A stretch of 64,000 nucleotides of DNA from Octopus vulgaris (Eukaryota): the NCBI GenBank assembly GCA_951406725.2, contig OX597822.1, positions 61,752,001 to 61,816,000 on the forward strand. The letters run 5' to 3'. The notes under the pieces were generated by a model that ran no database searches, was not told the DNA's origin, and worked only from the letters and a program-made list of their open reading frames with translations. The position numbers and the translations under genes are program-made. Shown piece after piece: positions 53,500-64,000 of the stretch (position 1 is the first letter of the stretch; each line of letters starts with the position of its first letter).

Positions 53500-54894
53500 T
53501 AACGGGAAGCTTTATGAAAATAAACAAAAGACGAAGGCAGGTGGAAAACAAACGAACAATTGTATTAGTATGGCGCTCAGGAAATATAAATAAAACAAGT
53601 CTTTAACGTTTCGAGCCTACGCTCTTCAACAGAAAGATACACAGAGAGAGAAAAACACAGAAAGAAGGAGAGAAAAAAATGCGTGCAGTAGCTAACGAAT
53701 CAACATGGCGATCTGATTTCGGCCAGAGGTCAAAGATCAAACATGAGACGCGAGAGCGAAATAAGGGGAGATAATAGGGTTGATAAAAGTGTTGAGGGAC
53801 CAGCTAAAAGTGCGTGGGAGGGGTCTGGATGTGTGTATGTATAGGGTTGGTGTATGTATTAGTATGTATAAGGGTGTGTGTGTGTGTGTGTGTGTGTGTA
53901 TGAGAGAGTATTAGTGCGTAAGATTGGTCTGGACGTGCGTATGTATGGGGTTGGTGTATGTATTAGTATGTATTAGTATGTATTAGTACGTATTGGTATG
54001 TATAGGTGTGTGTGTGTGTGTGTGAGAGAGTATAAGTGCGTATGCGGGGTCTGGACGTGTGTATGTATAGGGTTGGTGTAAGTATAAGTATGTACTGGTA
54101 TGTATTAGTACGTATTAGTATGTATTAGTTGGTGTGTGTATTAGTATGGCACATCATATGTGATGTGATGTGTAAAGTCATGTGGTGTAGTGAGGAGAAG
54201 AGGGGTAGGGGGAGAAGAGGGGGAGAGAATTTGAGGGGAAGAAGAGGGGGAGGAGAAGGGGGAAGAGGAGAGGATGGGGGAGAAGGAAGGGGCGGAGGGG
54301 GAGGAAGGAGGAAAGAGGGAGAGGGGGAGAGAGGGAGTGAGGGAGCAGAGGGAGGGGGAAGAGGGAGGGAGAAAGAGGGAAGAAGGGAAGGGGAGTAGGG
54401 GTGAAAGGATGAAGGACTGAAGAAGTAGGGGTCGGGGGAGAAAGGATAGGTGAGGAGGGGGAGAGGGGGGTTAGATGAGGAGGGGGGAGAGTTGAGACCA
54501 AATGGCGTATAAGAGCGAAGAGAGAAGATTAATTCCTGTTCACGGCGCAAACGGGAATCCGGATGGCCTCTGTGTAAGGACAAACCGAACACAGATAGGT
54601 GTTGCAAGGAGTGACCGGTGGAGCGGAAATGGCGTGAGACCGGTGTGTCGTTCGCAAGGTGGATGTCACGAAGGTGTTCCGCGAACCGGTCAGCCAAGCG
54701 GCGTCCCGTTTGTCCGATGTACAAGGAATTGCAGAGAGAGCAAGAGATGCAATAGATAATATTGCTGGAGGTGCAGGTGAAGGAGTGGATGATGGGATAG
54801 GGTCGATGGTGGGTGCTAGTGAGGCGGGTGGTGTTGGAGAGGTAAGGGCAAGTGCGGCAACGTGGGCGGGAGCAGGGGAACGAGCCGGGTTGGG

Positions 54895-54897
<3 letters not shown>
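53500..54897 (-). mobile_element. 5'-truncated PLE (GIY-YIG, 3' UTR, pseudo-LTR)
   Basis: CSRPRCRTC, FTCTSSNIIYCISC...LYIGQTGRRLADRFAEH...PFGLN at about 54897-54490. Confidence 0.9.
53600..53637 (-). ncRNA. Minimal hammerhead-like motif (CUGUUGA core)
   Basis: TCTTT-CTGTTGA-A-GAGC-GTAG-GCTC-GAAA-CG-TT-AAAGA. Confidence 0.6.
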
Positions 54898-54936
<39 letters not shown>

Positions 54937-55487
54937 GTGTGTCTAATCGCATATGTATATAAGTGCTTGTCGGTGCATGAGTTTGTGTGTATGTGTCAGA
55001 GGATATACACCTATGTGTATGTATGTATGTATGTATGTATGTATGTATGTATGTATGTATATACTTTTACAAGGTAATGTTTGGTAGTGACTTAGAAGTT
55101 GCTGTGAGCCTTTTTCTTGTATAAGTTAATATGCACTCTTGCGAAAAATTATTGAGACATCCTACAGTTTAATGTCAAATTATTACGTATAACATATAAC
55201 TTCACATAAAAACAGATATATGTGTGCATGTGTTTGTTTGTGCATGTGTGCGTGCGTCCGCGCGCGCATGTACATATATATATGCATACTTAATAATCGT
55301 CTCGCACAAACAACATACTTTATCATAGAAAGCAATTTCACAGAGAACCATATAAACATGATATGAATTCTTGTTTACAGCTAGTGTATAACAAAATATA
55401 GTGATAGCTAAACGAAAGAACGATGGAAAAGAAAATTGTGGTGCAAACATTATGGCACATGTATTGTTTGTTTTTGTTTGTTTTTCC

Positions 55488-55693
55488 AGTTTCAGCTCTT
55501 GAGCTGTGGCCATGCTGGGGCACCGCCATTGTGGTGAAAGAGTACAGCAGGGATCACCACCCCCTGCCGGAGCCTCGTAGAGCTTTTAGGTGTTTTCGCT
55601 CAATAAACACACACAACGCCCGGTCTGAGAATCGAAACCGCGATCCTGCGACCGCGAGTCCGCTGCCCTAACCACTAGGCCATTGCGCCTCTA
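55488..55693 (-). mobile_element. SINE-C head with B-like tail (chimera)
   Basis: C head joined to GGCGGTGCCCCAGCATGGCCACAGCTCAAGAGCTGAAAC; the same tail occurs at 4608-4650. Confidence 0.75.
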
Positions 55694-55984
55694 CATGTAT
55701 ATCTGTATGTATACAGATATTTAATATCTTTTTTATTAATTTGTAAATAAATCTTAAAATGGAAGTCAACATTTTTATTTTATTTTCTTGAATCATCTCG
55801 TTCGTTCATACACACACATATATATATATATAGTGAAAGAGAAAATAAAAAGGCTGTCATTCAAATAAACACAATTAGGCTTCACACACACGCACACACA
55901 CACACACGCGCACGCGCACGCAGGCGCGCGCACATATGCGTGCGCTTACACTCACGCGCACACGCGAACACTCGTTAAATCACC

Positions 55985-56155
55985 TCAGTCGCTAGAAATA
56001 AGAGTTTAAAAAATCTTAAGGTAGTAAGAGATCTTTTACTCTTATTTGTAGCAATGTAGTTGCTTCGGCACCCTTAGTCACACTTAGCGACGATTAAATA
56101 TTTCCTTTACGGTATTACATTGCGCCTAGTTGTTTATATTATTTTTTAGTATATT

Positions 56156-56224
<69 letters not shown>

Positions 56225-56244
56225 TCACGCACACACACATACAC

Positions 56245-56306
<62 letters not shown>

Positions 56307-56520
56307 AGTAGGTTGCAATATCTCACCAAAACGGAGAATTGTAATTGTCACTAAATGTGACTAGGGTGTTAAGAAACGCCTACATTGCTAGAAATAAGAG
56401 CTAAAATGCACTAATGCTGTAGTTAATGCACATGAATCAAAGCGTATGCACTAACAGGGTCCCCGTTAATGTATATGTTTTCACTCATGTGCAGCAACTA
56501 CAGCATTAGTGCATTTTAGG

Positions 56521-56525
<5 letters not shown>
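55985..56525. repeat. Nested inverted repeats (foldback-like)
   Basis: Pairs 55991-56005/56037-56053, 56038-56092/56347-56400 and 56398-56436/56486-56523. Confidence 0.6.
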
Positions 56526-56569
<44 letters not shown>

Positions 56570-56571
<2 letters not shown>

Positions 56572-57067
56572 AGAGGGATGACCACTAAGTGGACATCCAG
56601 TATGTCAGAAGTAGATCCCCTCTAGTCTTACCAATAAGAAAGGATTGTTCTCAAGAAAATTTAGCAAACACCAAAACGAAGACTTTTGAAAGGTAAACTG
56701 TATACATGTTCAATCTCATGCGGACGTTCTGCATATAGTTCTTCAAATTATATTTTGCTATGACGATCACACTGATGAGTTGCGGACAATTACGTGATTA
56801 ATCTTTATATTTTGTATTTCTTCATTTGTCTTGCTCGCTTATGTTCTATCGTTTGCTAAATTTTCTTGAGAACAATCCTTTCTTAGTGGTAAGACCATAT
56901 GGGGTCTACTTCTAGCATAATGGATGTCCACTTAGTGGTCATCCCTCTTATATGTATGTAATATAATTTTCTGAATCTTCAGATTTTTCAATATGCTAGA
57001 CCACTGGCTTTAAATTGATATCAATCAAATTAATATTCAATTTTTCATCCTTATTATTCTAAATTTA
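56570..57067 (+). mobile_element. Pseudo-LTR-like remnant with about 100-bp inverted repeat
   Basis: 56570-56668 is inverted at 56851-56951; truncated hammerhead at 56766-56798; related to 25730-25925. Confidence 0.6.
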
Positions 57068-57121
<54 letters not shown>

Positions 57122-58684
57122 ACCGCTCATACTTAGTGTATGTGCCTTAATTATCCGCCGGTGGGTTGCCGTTTATAGTGGAGGTGATAACCCCCTCAAA
57201 GGCAGGGTGTTCAAACACTAGAAATTCATAGACTGGCGAGACAACTCGTTGAAAATCGCATTCAAGAGTGATAGATATCAATATTTCGCTGTTTTTGTGG
57301 CTTATCATTACCGATGGAAGAAGGAGGACTATGTTGACAAATAAACCTCATTTGGTTATATTCCATGAGAGTATCTTCGTTAGCCTATCGACTATTCAGT
57401 GTATGACTGTCTTCTCTCAAACGGATGCTTCAAACATTTCTCTCTTCCTCTCCATTCATGTCTTTTTTGTTTGTCGTTTGTCGCTATCACGCTTCTCCGC
57501 TGCCACCACCAACTTTGAATTACTGTTTTAGAACTCAACATCTTGTTCTTCATTGAAGGCTTTACCACTTTACATGTTTAATCTCTCACAATCCTTTTAC
57601 TGTCAGATACGCTTTCTCTTTTTGTTTTCTGTTTTATTGTCTCTCTGTCTTCCTCTCACTCACTTATACACACGAGTGTGCGTGCACACAGCTTTTCTAC
57701 AACCAATTCCTTTAACTTCCTTTCTGCCTCTTTCTTATTCTCTTACTTTGTCTCATACTTTGTGTTTTCTTTTATCCCCCTCACGTTTTGCCTTCTCTCC
57801 AAGTCTGCTTCTCAATTCCTAACTTTTACTTTCCATCTTCTCCCTTCCATTTTCATATCGTTTCTTTCTTTTTAACCTCTTTTTCTCTCTCTATTCTTCT
57901 TTCACCACTCGTTCTTTATATTATCGCTCGAATAAGGCTCTTAGTTCTCGCATTTGTGCTATCATTTGCTGCGTCTCTCATTATATTTATAATCACATTT
58001 CTTCAAGTTTTCTTTGACAAGCAGTTTCATTTTAATTTAAATGAAGTGAATCACTCACAAAGGGGAAGATTACATTGTGTTGTGTAATATGAATTTGCGC
58101 CCATCAGATTTGACAACTTAAATTAATTGAAATCAGCTGATGTGTCATTTTGTACCAGATAACGTGTCATGCCAGTGCAGTCGCCAGCAACGGTACGGAA
58201 GTCAAGTTCAAGTTTCAAATTCAGGTTCAAATTCTAGTCAGAAACATATGTAGTCTTCTCTCAGTGATCCGACGGAAAAGATGTTCCAAACAAGATCGTC
58301 CGCTGCCAAACGCAAACATGCATTAAATGTAGCAGGAATAGAAGATTAGCAATGATGTCAAAGATTGCAAGCTGCAAAGTATGCAACTTGCAGAGGTCTT
58401 GAGACGAAGAGTGAATGTAAAGCTCGCCGCGAAAAGAAAGCGTTCATTCACATAGATTTAAAATGTGCAAATTGAGTCTTCAGATGAAGGACAAGGTCAC
58501 CTTCAGCAGAATACTGTTGCTAGATATGTTGCACATAACGCTCACACACACACCATGAAACTTCACGGCAAGATCAAGGTAGACAAAAGGTTTATAGAAC
58601 AATCACACCCACCCACCCACACACACACGCACACACACACACATATACACACACACATATATATATATACATATAATATATGAT

Positions 58685-58870
58685 AGGATGCTGAAATGTT
58701 ATTTGCTTTAAAGGTTTCGCCAAAGGCCTGGTTTGAGGCCCAACCTTCCGAATTCTTTTACGGAGCTTAGAAAAACGGAAGGACCGCTCTACAATAAAGG
58801 TGTGTATCTGAGAGGGGAAATATGTTGAACAAAATCATAATCAACTGATCCGCCTGCATTATCTTTAACC
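58685..58870 (+). mobile_element. Mariner-derived remnant
   Basis: AWFEAQPSEFF...YLRGEIC; related to 34545-34737. Confidence 0.55.
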
Positions 58871-58872
58871 CT

Positions 58873-58961
<89 letters not shown>

Positions 58962-58964
58962 CGC

Positions 58965-59290
58965 TATGGCTATAGCTTCGGGATGACCTCGAGAGCAGAT
59001 TTTGTAGACGAAAACTGAAAGAAGCCCATCGCATACATATATATGTATATATATCTATGTGTGTGCCTCTGTGCCTGTATTTGTCCCCTCACCCCACCCC
59101 ATTAACAGCTTGACTACTGACTTGGTACATTTACGTTCCCGTAATCTAGCGGTTCGGCAAAACAGATCCATAGAATAAGTACTAGGCTTAAGAAATAAGC
59201 CTTGGGGCAATTTGTTCGACTAAAACCCTTCAAGGTTGTGCTCCAGCATGGCCGTAGTCAAATGACTGAAACAAGAATAAAGGAAAAGAA
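58965..59290 (+). mobile_element. 5'-truncated SINE family B
   Basis: Body and tail. Confidence 0.75.
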
Positions 59291-59304
59291 TACACACACA
59301 CACA

Positions 59305-60040
59305 TGACAGAAGTAAATAGACACCCTTATAATCATTACAATTTATTTAAATCCGAAATTATACATTAAAATTATTTATTAATTGTTAAAATGTAAATAT
59401 TTAATATTTAGTAGACATGCCCCTTGCATTTTTCAGATGAATATTCTCTTGCGGAATTTCTTGCCACGTTTCTTGTAGTAATCTCAAAACATACATCAAA
59501 TTCTTGATCACAGAAACTCCAGAGCCAAACTCGACCACTGTCAGGAAATACAGCAGATTTGAACTCATCAGCGAAAATGTCCCAAAACACTAGTGGCCTC
59601 TCCACCATCTCACTGGGCCAATCTTTTCTCAGTTTGATGTTGGCTGGTCGAAGAAGTGGTTTCCTTCTTGCTGCTCTGCCATATTAACCAAGTTTGTGGA
59701 GATACCCGACAGCTGTTCTGAGACTGACATCAACTTGTTTTGCTATGTCAGAGGTCTTACAACCAGGATTATCCTCCACACTTCTCCTAAAGAGAAGATT
59801 CCTGTGAGAGGATCCTGATTGTTCTGGGCGAGGTGATGTTGACTCCTTCCCCTCTCTGGTGAATCGTGCAATCACTCTATTAATTGTAGAAAGCTCTTGC
59901 TGTTTTTTTATTTCATTTTATTTTTCATCCCCTTTCGTACTATCTTTTCATCTGCCCGCTTTCCGTTTCCGTTTCCAGTCCTTCCGGACATTTTTCATTG
60001 CGTTACTTGTAAACACATCTTGTTCTAACAGTGTCTCATA
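59305..60040 (-). mobile_element. Degenerate Tc1 element (second family)
   Basis: RRSVEDNP...YLHKLG*YGRAARRKPLL...FWDIFADEFK...GRVWLW. Confidence 0.75.
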
Positions 60041-61212
60041 GCGCGTACCGCCTTTATTTCTCATATTAAAACACTTGCAATGCAACTACATCAACATATG
60101 AACATACATACATCATGGCCATCTGATATAACATACTTGACGTTATATCAAGCAGACGCTTTAAATCTTTGATCTGTAAATTTATTTATCACACTTCACT
60201 GAGATAAATAACTCCAACGAATAAAATGTTTATTAGAAATATTTTCTAGGCATTTTAAATTAATATATCCACTTGGATATGTGTATGTATGTATGTATGT
60301 ATGTATGTATGTATGTATGTATGTATGTATGTATGTATGTATGTATGTATGTATGTGTGCATGTGTGTGTGTGCGCGCGTACTTTCCTGTCTGTAAGGTT
60401 CAGTATGCGTGCTTATGTTTGTATGGTTATGTGCTTAATTGTGTGTTTGTGAGTCTGCTTGTGAGTGCGTGTATGTTTGTGTGTGCAAGTGTGATGTGTA
60501 CTAATCGCGTGTATGAATATGTGCTTCCATTTTTGTGTTTTGCGTGCGCGCTCACGTGTGTGTGTGTGTATGTATGCGTGTGCTTGTCTTCGCGCACTCG
60601 ACAAAGTGTGTGTTCGTAACAGAATGATGTGTGTTTCGTTAAGGGCCTGCATTCATGTCTTGTATCTGTATGTATTCGTTACCGTTTAGAATGCGCATGT
60701 GTGTTTGTGTGTGTATGTGTGTGTGAGTGTGTGTGTGTGTGAGTGTGTGCGTGTCTGCGCTGGGTGTACATTATGTCTGTAAGTGTGGGCGTGTATGTCT
60801 GTTTTTATAGGTGAGTGTGACATTGTGGTTGTATGTGCAAATGCGGTTGTACAGTGTGTGCATTTATGTATGTATGAGTGTGTATTAAGTGCGTCAAAAG
60901 AGGTGATCGTGACCTAGTGAGTGTTTGCGTGCGTGTATGTGTGAGGTTGTGGTTGCTTGTTTGTGTGTATGTGGCTTTGCAAGTGTCTGTTTAGGTGTTT
61001 GTTGTGTATTGTAGTGCGTGCCTAAACGGTGTCTGGAAACCAGTTCTAGTCATTTGATATTTTCATAAATGAGATATATTACCTCTTCAACCACTTATTC
61101 TCTAGCAACGTCTTTTTCTGTCTGTATGTCTGTCTGTCTATCTTCGTCTCGTTTACCATGTGTATATGTGTGTCCACACACACGCACACACACACACACA
61201 CACAGACACACG

Positions 61213-61252
<40 letters not shown>

Positions 61253-61665
61253 CATTCATATATACATCTACATATATATACATATACTTTTATATATACA
61301 TCTACATGTGCGCGTGTTTCTATGTATGTATATATATATGCGCGCGTGTGTGTGTGTTATAACTTAGAACAAACGGTAAAAGGTTGTCATTATAGTACTC
61401 AGAGTTTCAAATGTCGGAGCAAAGAGCTACGATAACTTCTCGTCGGCTATTGATGGCAACAAACGCTATAGCCGACGAGAATGTATATGTACAATACATA
61501 CATACATACATACATACATAGATACATACATACATACGTACATACATACATATATATATACATATATATATATATATATTTGTATATATATATATATATA
61601 TATATGTGTATGTATATATATGTATATATGTATAAAATACCGAGGTCTTTTAAAGATGTTTATTG

Positions 61666-61709
61666 ACTTTACTGGTTTCACTTTTTTTTTAAAAAAGATT
61701 ATCAAAAGT
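61666..61709 (-). ncRNA. Hammerhead motif, U3-A8 variant
   Basis: ACTT-TTGATAA-[TCTTTTTT...AAAAAGT]-GAAA-CCAG-TA-AAGT. Confidence 0.55.
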
Positions 61710-62034
61710 AAAATGTAAAGCTTTGTATAAGCTTTGTTGTGTTAAAGTATTTAAAATACTTTAATATATTTCCTTGTATATATATGCTTCTTATACAACC
61801 ATGACTTTTGATGAACTTAAAATAATTATACATTTATTTTACTACCTATTTTGAACACTTTCATGTAAACTGTTTAAACAAAAAAACCCTCTTAACATTT
61901 TCTTATAATTCATTGTCAAAGATTCTATTTTTTAACATTTTCTTATCATATTCAAAGACTGTATAACTGTATTCTAATACAATTATGATAACCATTTTTT
62001 AACACAACAAAGCTTATACAAAGCTTTACATTTT

Positions 62035-62078
62035 ACTTTTGATAATCTTTTTAAAAAAAAAAGTGAAACTGGTCAAGT
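62035..62078 (+). ncRNA. Hammerhead motif, U3-A8 variant
   Basis: ACTT-TTGATAA-[TCTTTTT...AAAAAGT]-GAAA-CTGG-TC-AAGT. Confidence 0.6.
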
Positions 62079-62379
62079 CAATAAACATCTTTAAAAGACC
62101 TCGGCATTTTCAAACCCTCTTTCCTATATATTTTCACTCGTGCAGTACCTTGCATGTACCACGTACACGCGTTCTTGTTTTTTTCTTGTGTTTTCTCCTT
62201 CGGTTTTCGGGGATTATATATATATATTACAGCTGCATCCTAGTTACACGAGGAAAGCCATTGCCAAGAAGACTTGCTGAAATGATTCATGGTTGTTGAC
62301 ATGTTATGCCCTTTTATGACTTTTAAGCCCGGCCAAGCTTTTACACATTTTATTACTTACTAGACAACTGTGCTGGCTG

Positions 62380-63100
62380 GCAGGAGAAACAGGTGCCATT
62401 ATATGCACTCACTTAGCATGTCTTTTTAGACTTCCAACTGAGAAGCACACCCTTCCCCATTTTATACATGTTCTTTTATAAATTTTAATAGCCACATCAT
62501 TGTTTATCATGGGTAGATCTCTATGAAAATTTTGATGGCTCACCAGGCCTGCACGACTCAAACACCTCCGCCCACAAACCACACACATAAAAAGCAACAC
62601 TCTTACTTTCCACAGGTTCCCCCCTTCTAAGCCCGCCCCTAATTCTCTCATACTTCACTCTCTCCCTCTCAAACTTTGAACATGCACTATCTTCTTCCAT
62701 CCATCACGATCTTGTGCCTCCCTCTCCCAATTACCAGCTGCAATTCCTGTCTGTATAAGAGCATTTTAAGGGTATCCTTAAACCTTAGTTTAGGGTTATG
62801 CGTTGGTCTCCTGCCATCTTCCAGCTCACCATACAATAGCTGCTTGGGCAGTCGCTCATCACTCATCCTTACTAAATGTACTCCCCCCCATCTCAAACGT
62901 CTTTGCAAAATCATTGACTATATACTTCTACTGTCACTCCTCTCAAGCACCTCCACATTATTAATGGCCATTTTCCAATTTATCCCCCCAATTTTTCTCA
63001 GACAGTATTGATGAAATCATTCCAATTGCCTTACCTGCATACGGTAAACGACCCATGCCTCACTTCCCTATAGCAAAGATGGGAGGACGTATGTGTTATA
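62380..63100 (-). pseudogene. Old RTE LINE C-terminal fragment, interrupted by Tc1
   Basis: RRLRW...HLVRMSDERLPKQLLYGEL...PKLRFKDTLK; C2H2 finger CVVCGRRCLSRAGLVSHQNFH. Confidence 0.85.
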
Positions 63101-63102
63101 TA

Positions 63103-64000
63103 CACTACCGTCAGAAATTAATTAGCACCCTTGATTTTCTCTTCACTCAAGGTATTTGCTGTCACCTAGTGGCCATATCTCGAACTATTGCTTTGTTGTG
63201 AGTTCACTGTTGCGCAGAACGATGACGTAACTTTGTTTGCAGAGCAGTTTGAAAGTCTACAGCCTAATGATGTTGACATAGCAGTGCAACAACAACTTGG
63301 AGTGCGGATGCAGACAAATCTTCCTTTGTTTAATAGATATAGGTAGCGCCTCGCAAGGACCGAAATCACACCGTACTAAGTTTTCTCATCGCGTAAGACG
63401 TTTTGAACAGCTCGTAGGTTAAATGATTTGTGTATTTGCAAGATTTTTTTTCCTCACAAATTCTCCTACACTCTGCTTGATGACGTCACTTCTGGTTCAC
63501 AAAACTTTCTGTTATACATCAAATAAGGTGAGAACTTCTGCTTTCTTTCTTTTTTGTTTAATGAATAATAACTCATAGCAGTTTTGTTATAGCATAACAT
63601 TATTCAAATAAATAGTTTTAATGAAAATAACTGGTTTTTATCGTTCATTCCTAGATGGGCCCAAGACCTCGCATGACCTTGGAGAGACGGTACGAGGCTC
63701 TCTTGTGGTGTGGGAAGCTGTCGGAGGCTGCAATAGCCAGAAAATTTGGTGTAGCCAGGCGCACAATTCAGTGCTTATTTAAGAAATACGAGGAAACCGG
63801 ATCAGCAGCTGACAAAAAGGGTAGGGGACGGAAGAGGCTGACGACCCAGCGGGAGGACCGGATGCTGATCCGAAAGTCGCTGTACAACCGAAGGGCAACG
63901 AGCCAGCAACTGGCGGAGGAGATGCAAAAGATGACAGGGAAGCAGTTGTCTACAACCACCGTCAAGACCAGATTACTGGAAGCTGGTCTAAAATCCTGTA
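63103..64000 (+). mobile_element. Tc1 element (same TIR as 52885), runs off the window
   Basis: TA-CACTACCGTCAGAAATTAATTAGCACCCTTGATTT identical to 52883-52919. Confidence 0.9.
63655..64000 (+). CDS. Tc1 transposase N-terminal part, open to the window end (partial)
   Basis: MGPRPRMTLERRYEALL...IARKFGVARRTIQCLFKKYEETGS...GRGRKRLTTQREDRMLIR...TVKTRLLEAGLKS; no stop in 115 codons; missed by the ORF track. Confidence 0.85.
   Translation, partial: MGPRPRMTLERRYEALLWCGKLSEAAIARKFGVARRTIQCLFKKYEETGSAADKKGRGRKRLTTQREDRMLIRKSLYNRRATSQQLAEEMQKMTGKQLSTTTVKTRLLEAGLKSC

Larger units (their letters stand above)
61635..62216. mobile_element. PLE-type pseudo-LTR remnant in inverted arrangement
   Basis: 61635-61746 is inverted at 61997-62110; each arm carries a hammerhead. 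Confidence 0.7.

Overview
Eukaryotic, AT-rich DNA dense in microsatellites and made almost entirely of transposable elements. The repeat families and the (TA)n/(CA)n/(ATAC)n/(GATA)n load resemble octopus (cephalopod) intronic or intergenic DNA; this species call is inference. I recognise no host protein-coding exon, rRNA, true tRNA or CRISPR array. Retroelements: a near full-length RTE LINE with an 11-bp TSD (11815-15677), a CR1-type and an R4/Dong-type LINE fragment, two more RTE fragments, several Penelope-like elements (PLEs) and pseudo-LTR remnants, and about 30 copies of four tRNA-derived SINE families with exchangeable modules. DNA transposons: two Helitrons (one with STPR-like repeats), mariner, Tc1, maT-like and Tigger-like elements. 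The main non-obvious signal is a dense set of candidate self-cleaving RNA motifs. There are about 10 type I hammerhead or hammerhead-like motifs in PLE-type termini, including two unrelated families with a compensatory U3-A8 core, variants with a very long stem II, and GAAA-less skeletons. The RTE 5' end carries an HDV-like half motif. The SINE-B tail shares a covarying 3' structure with the CR1 LINE. Coordinates of degenerate repeats were read by eye and are approximate; ribozyme activity is untested.
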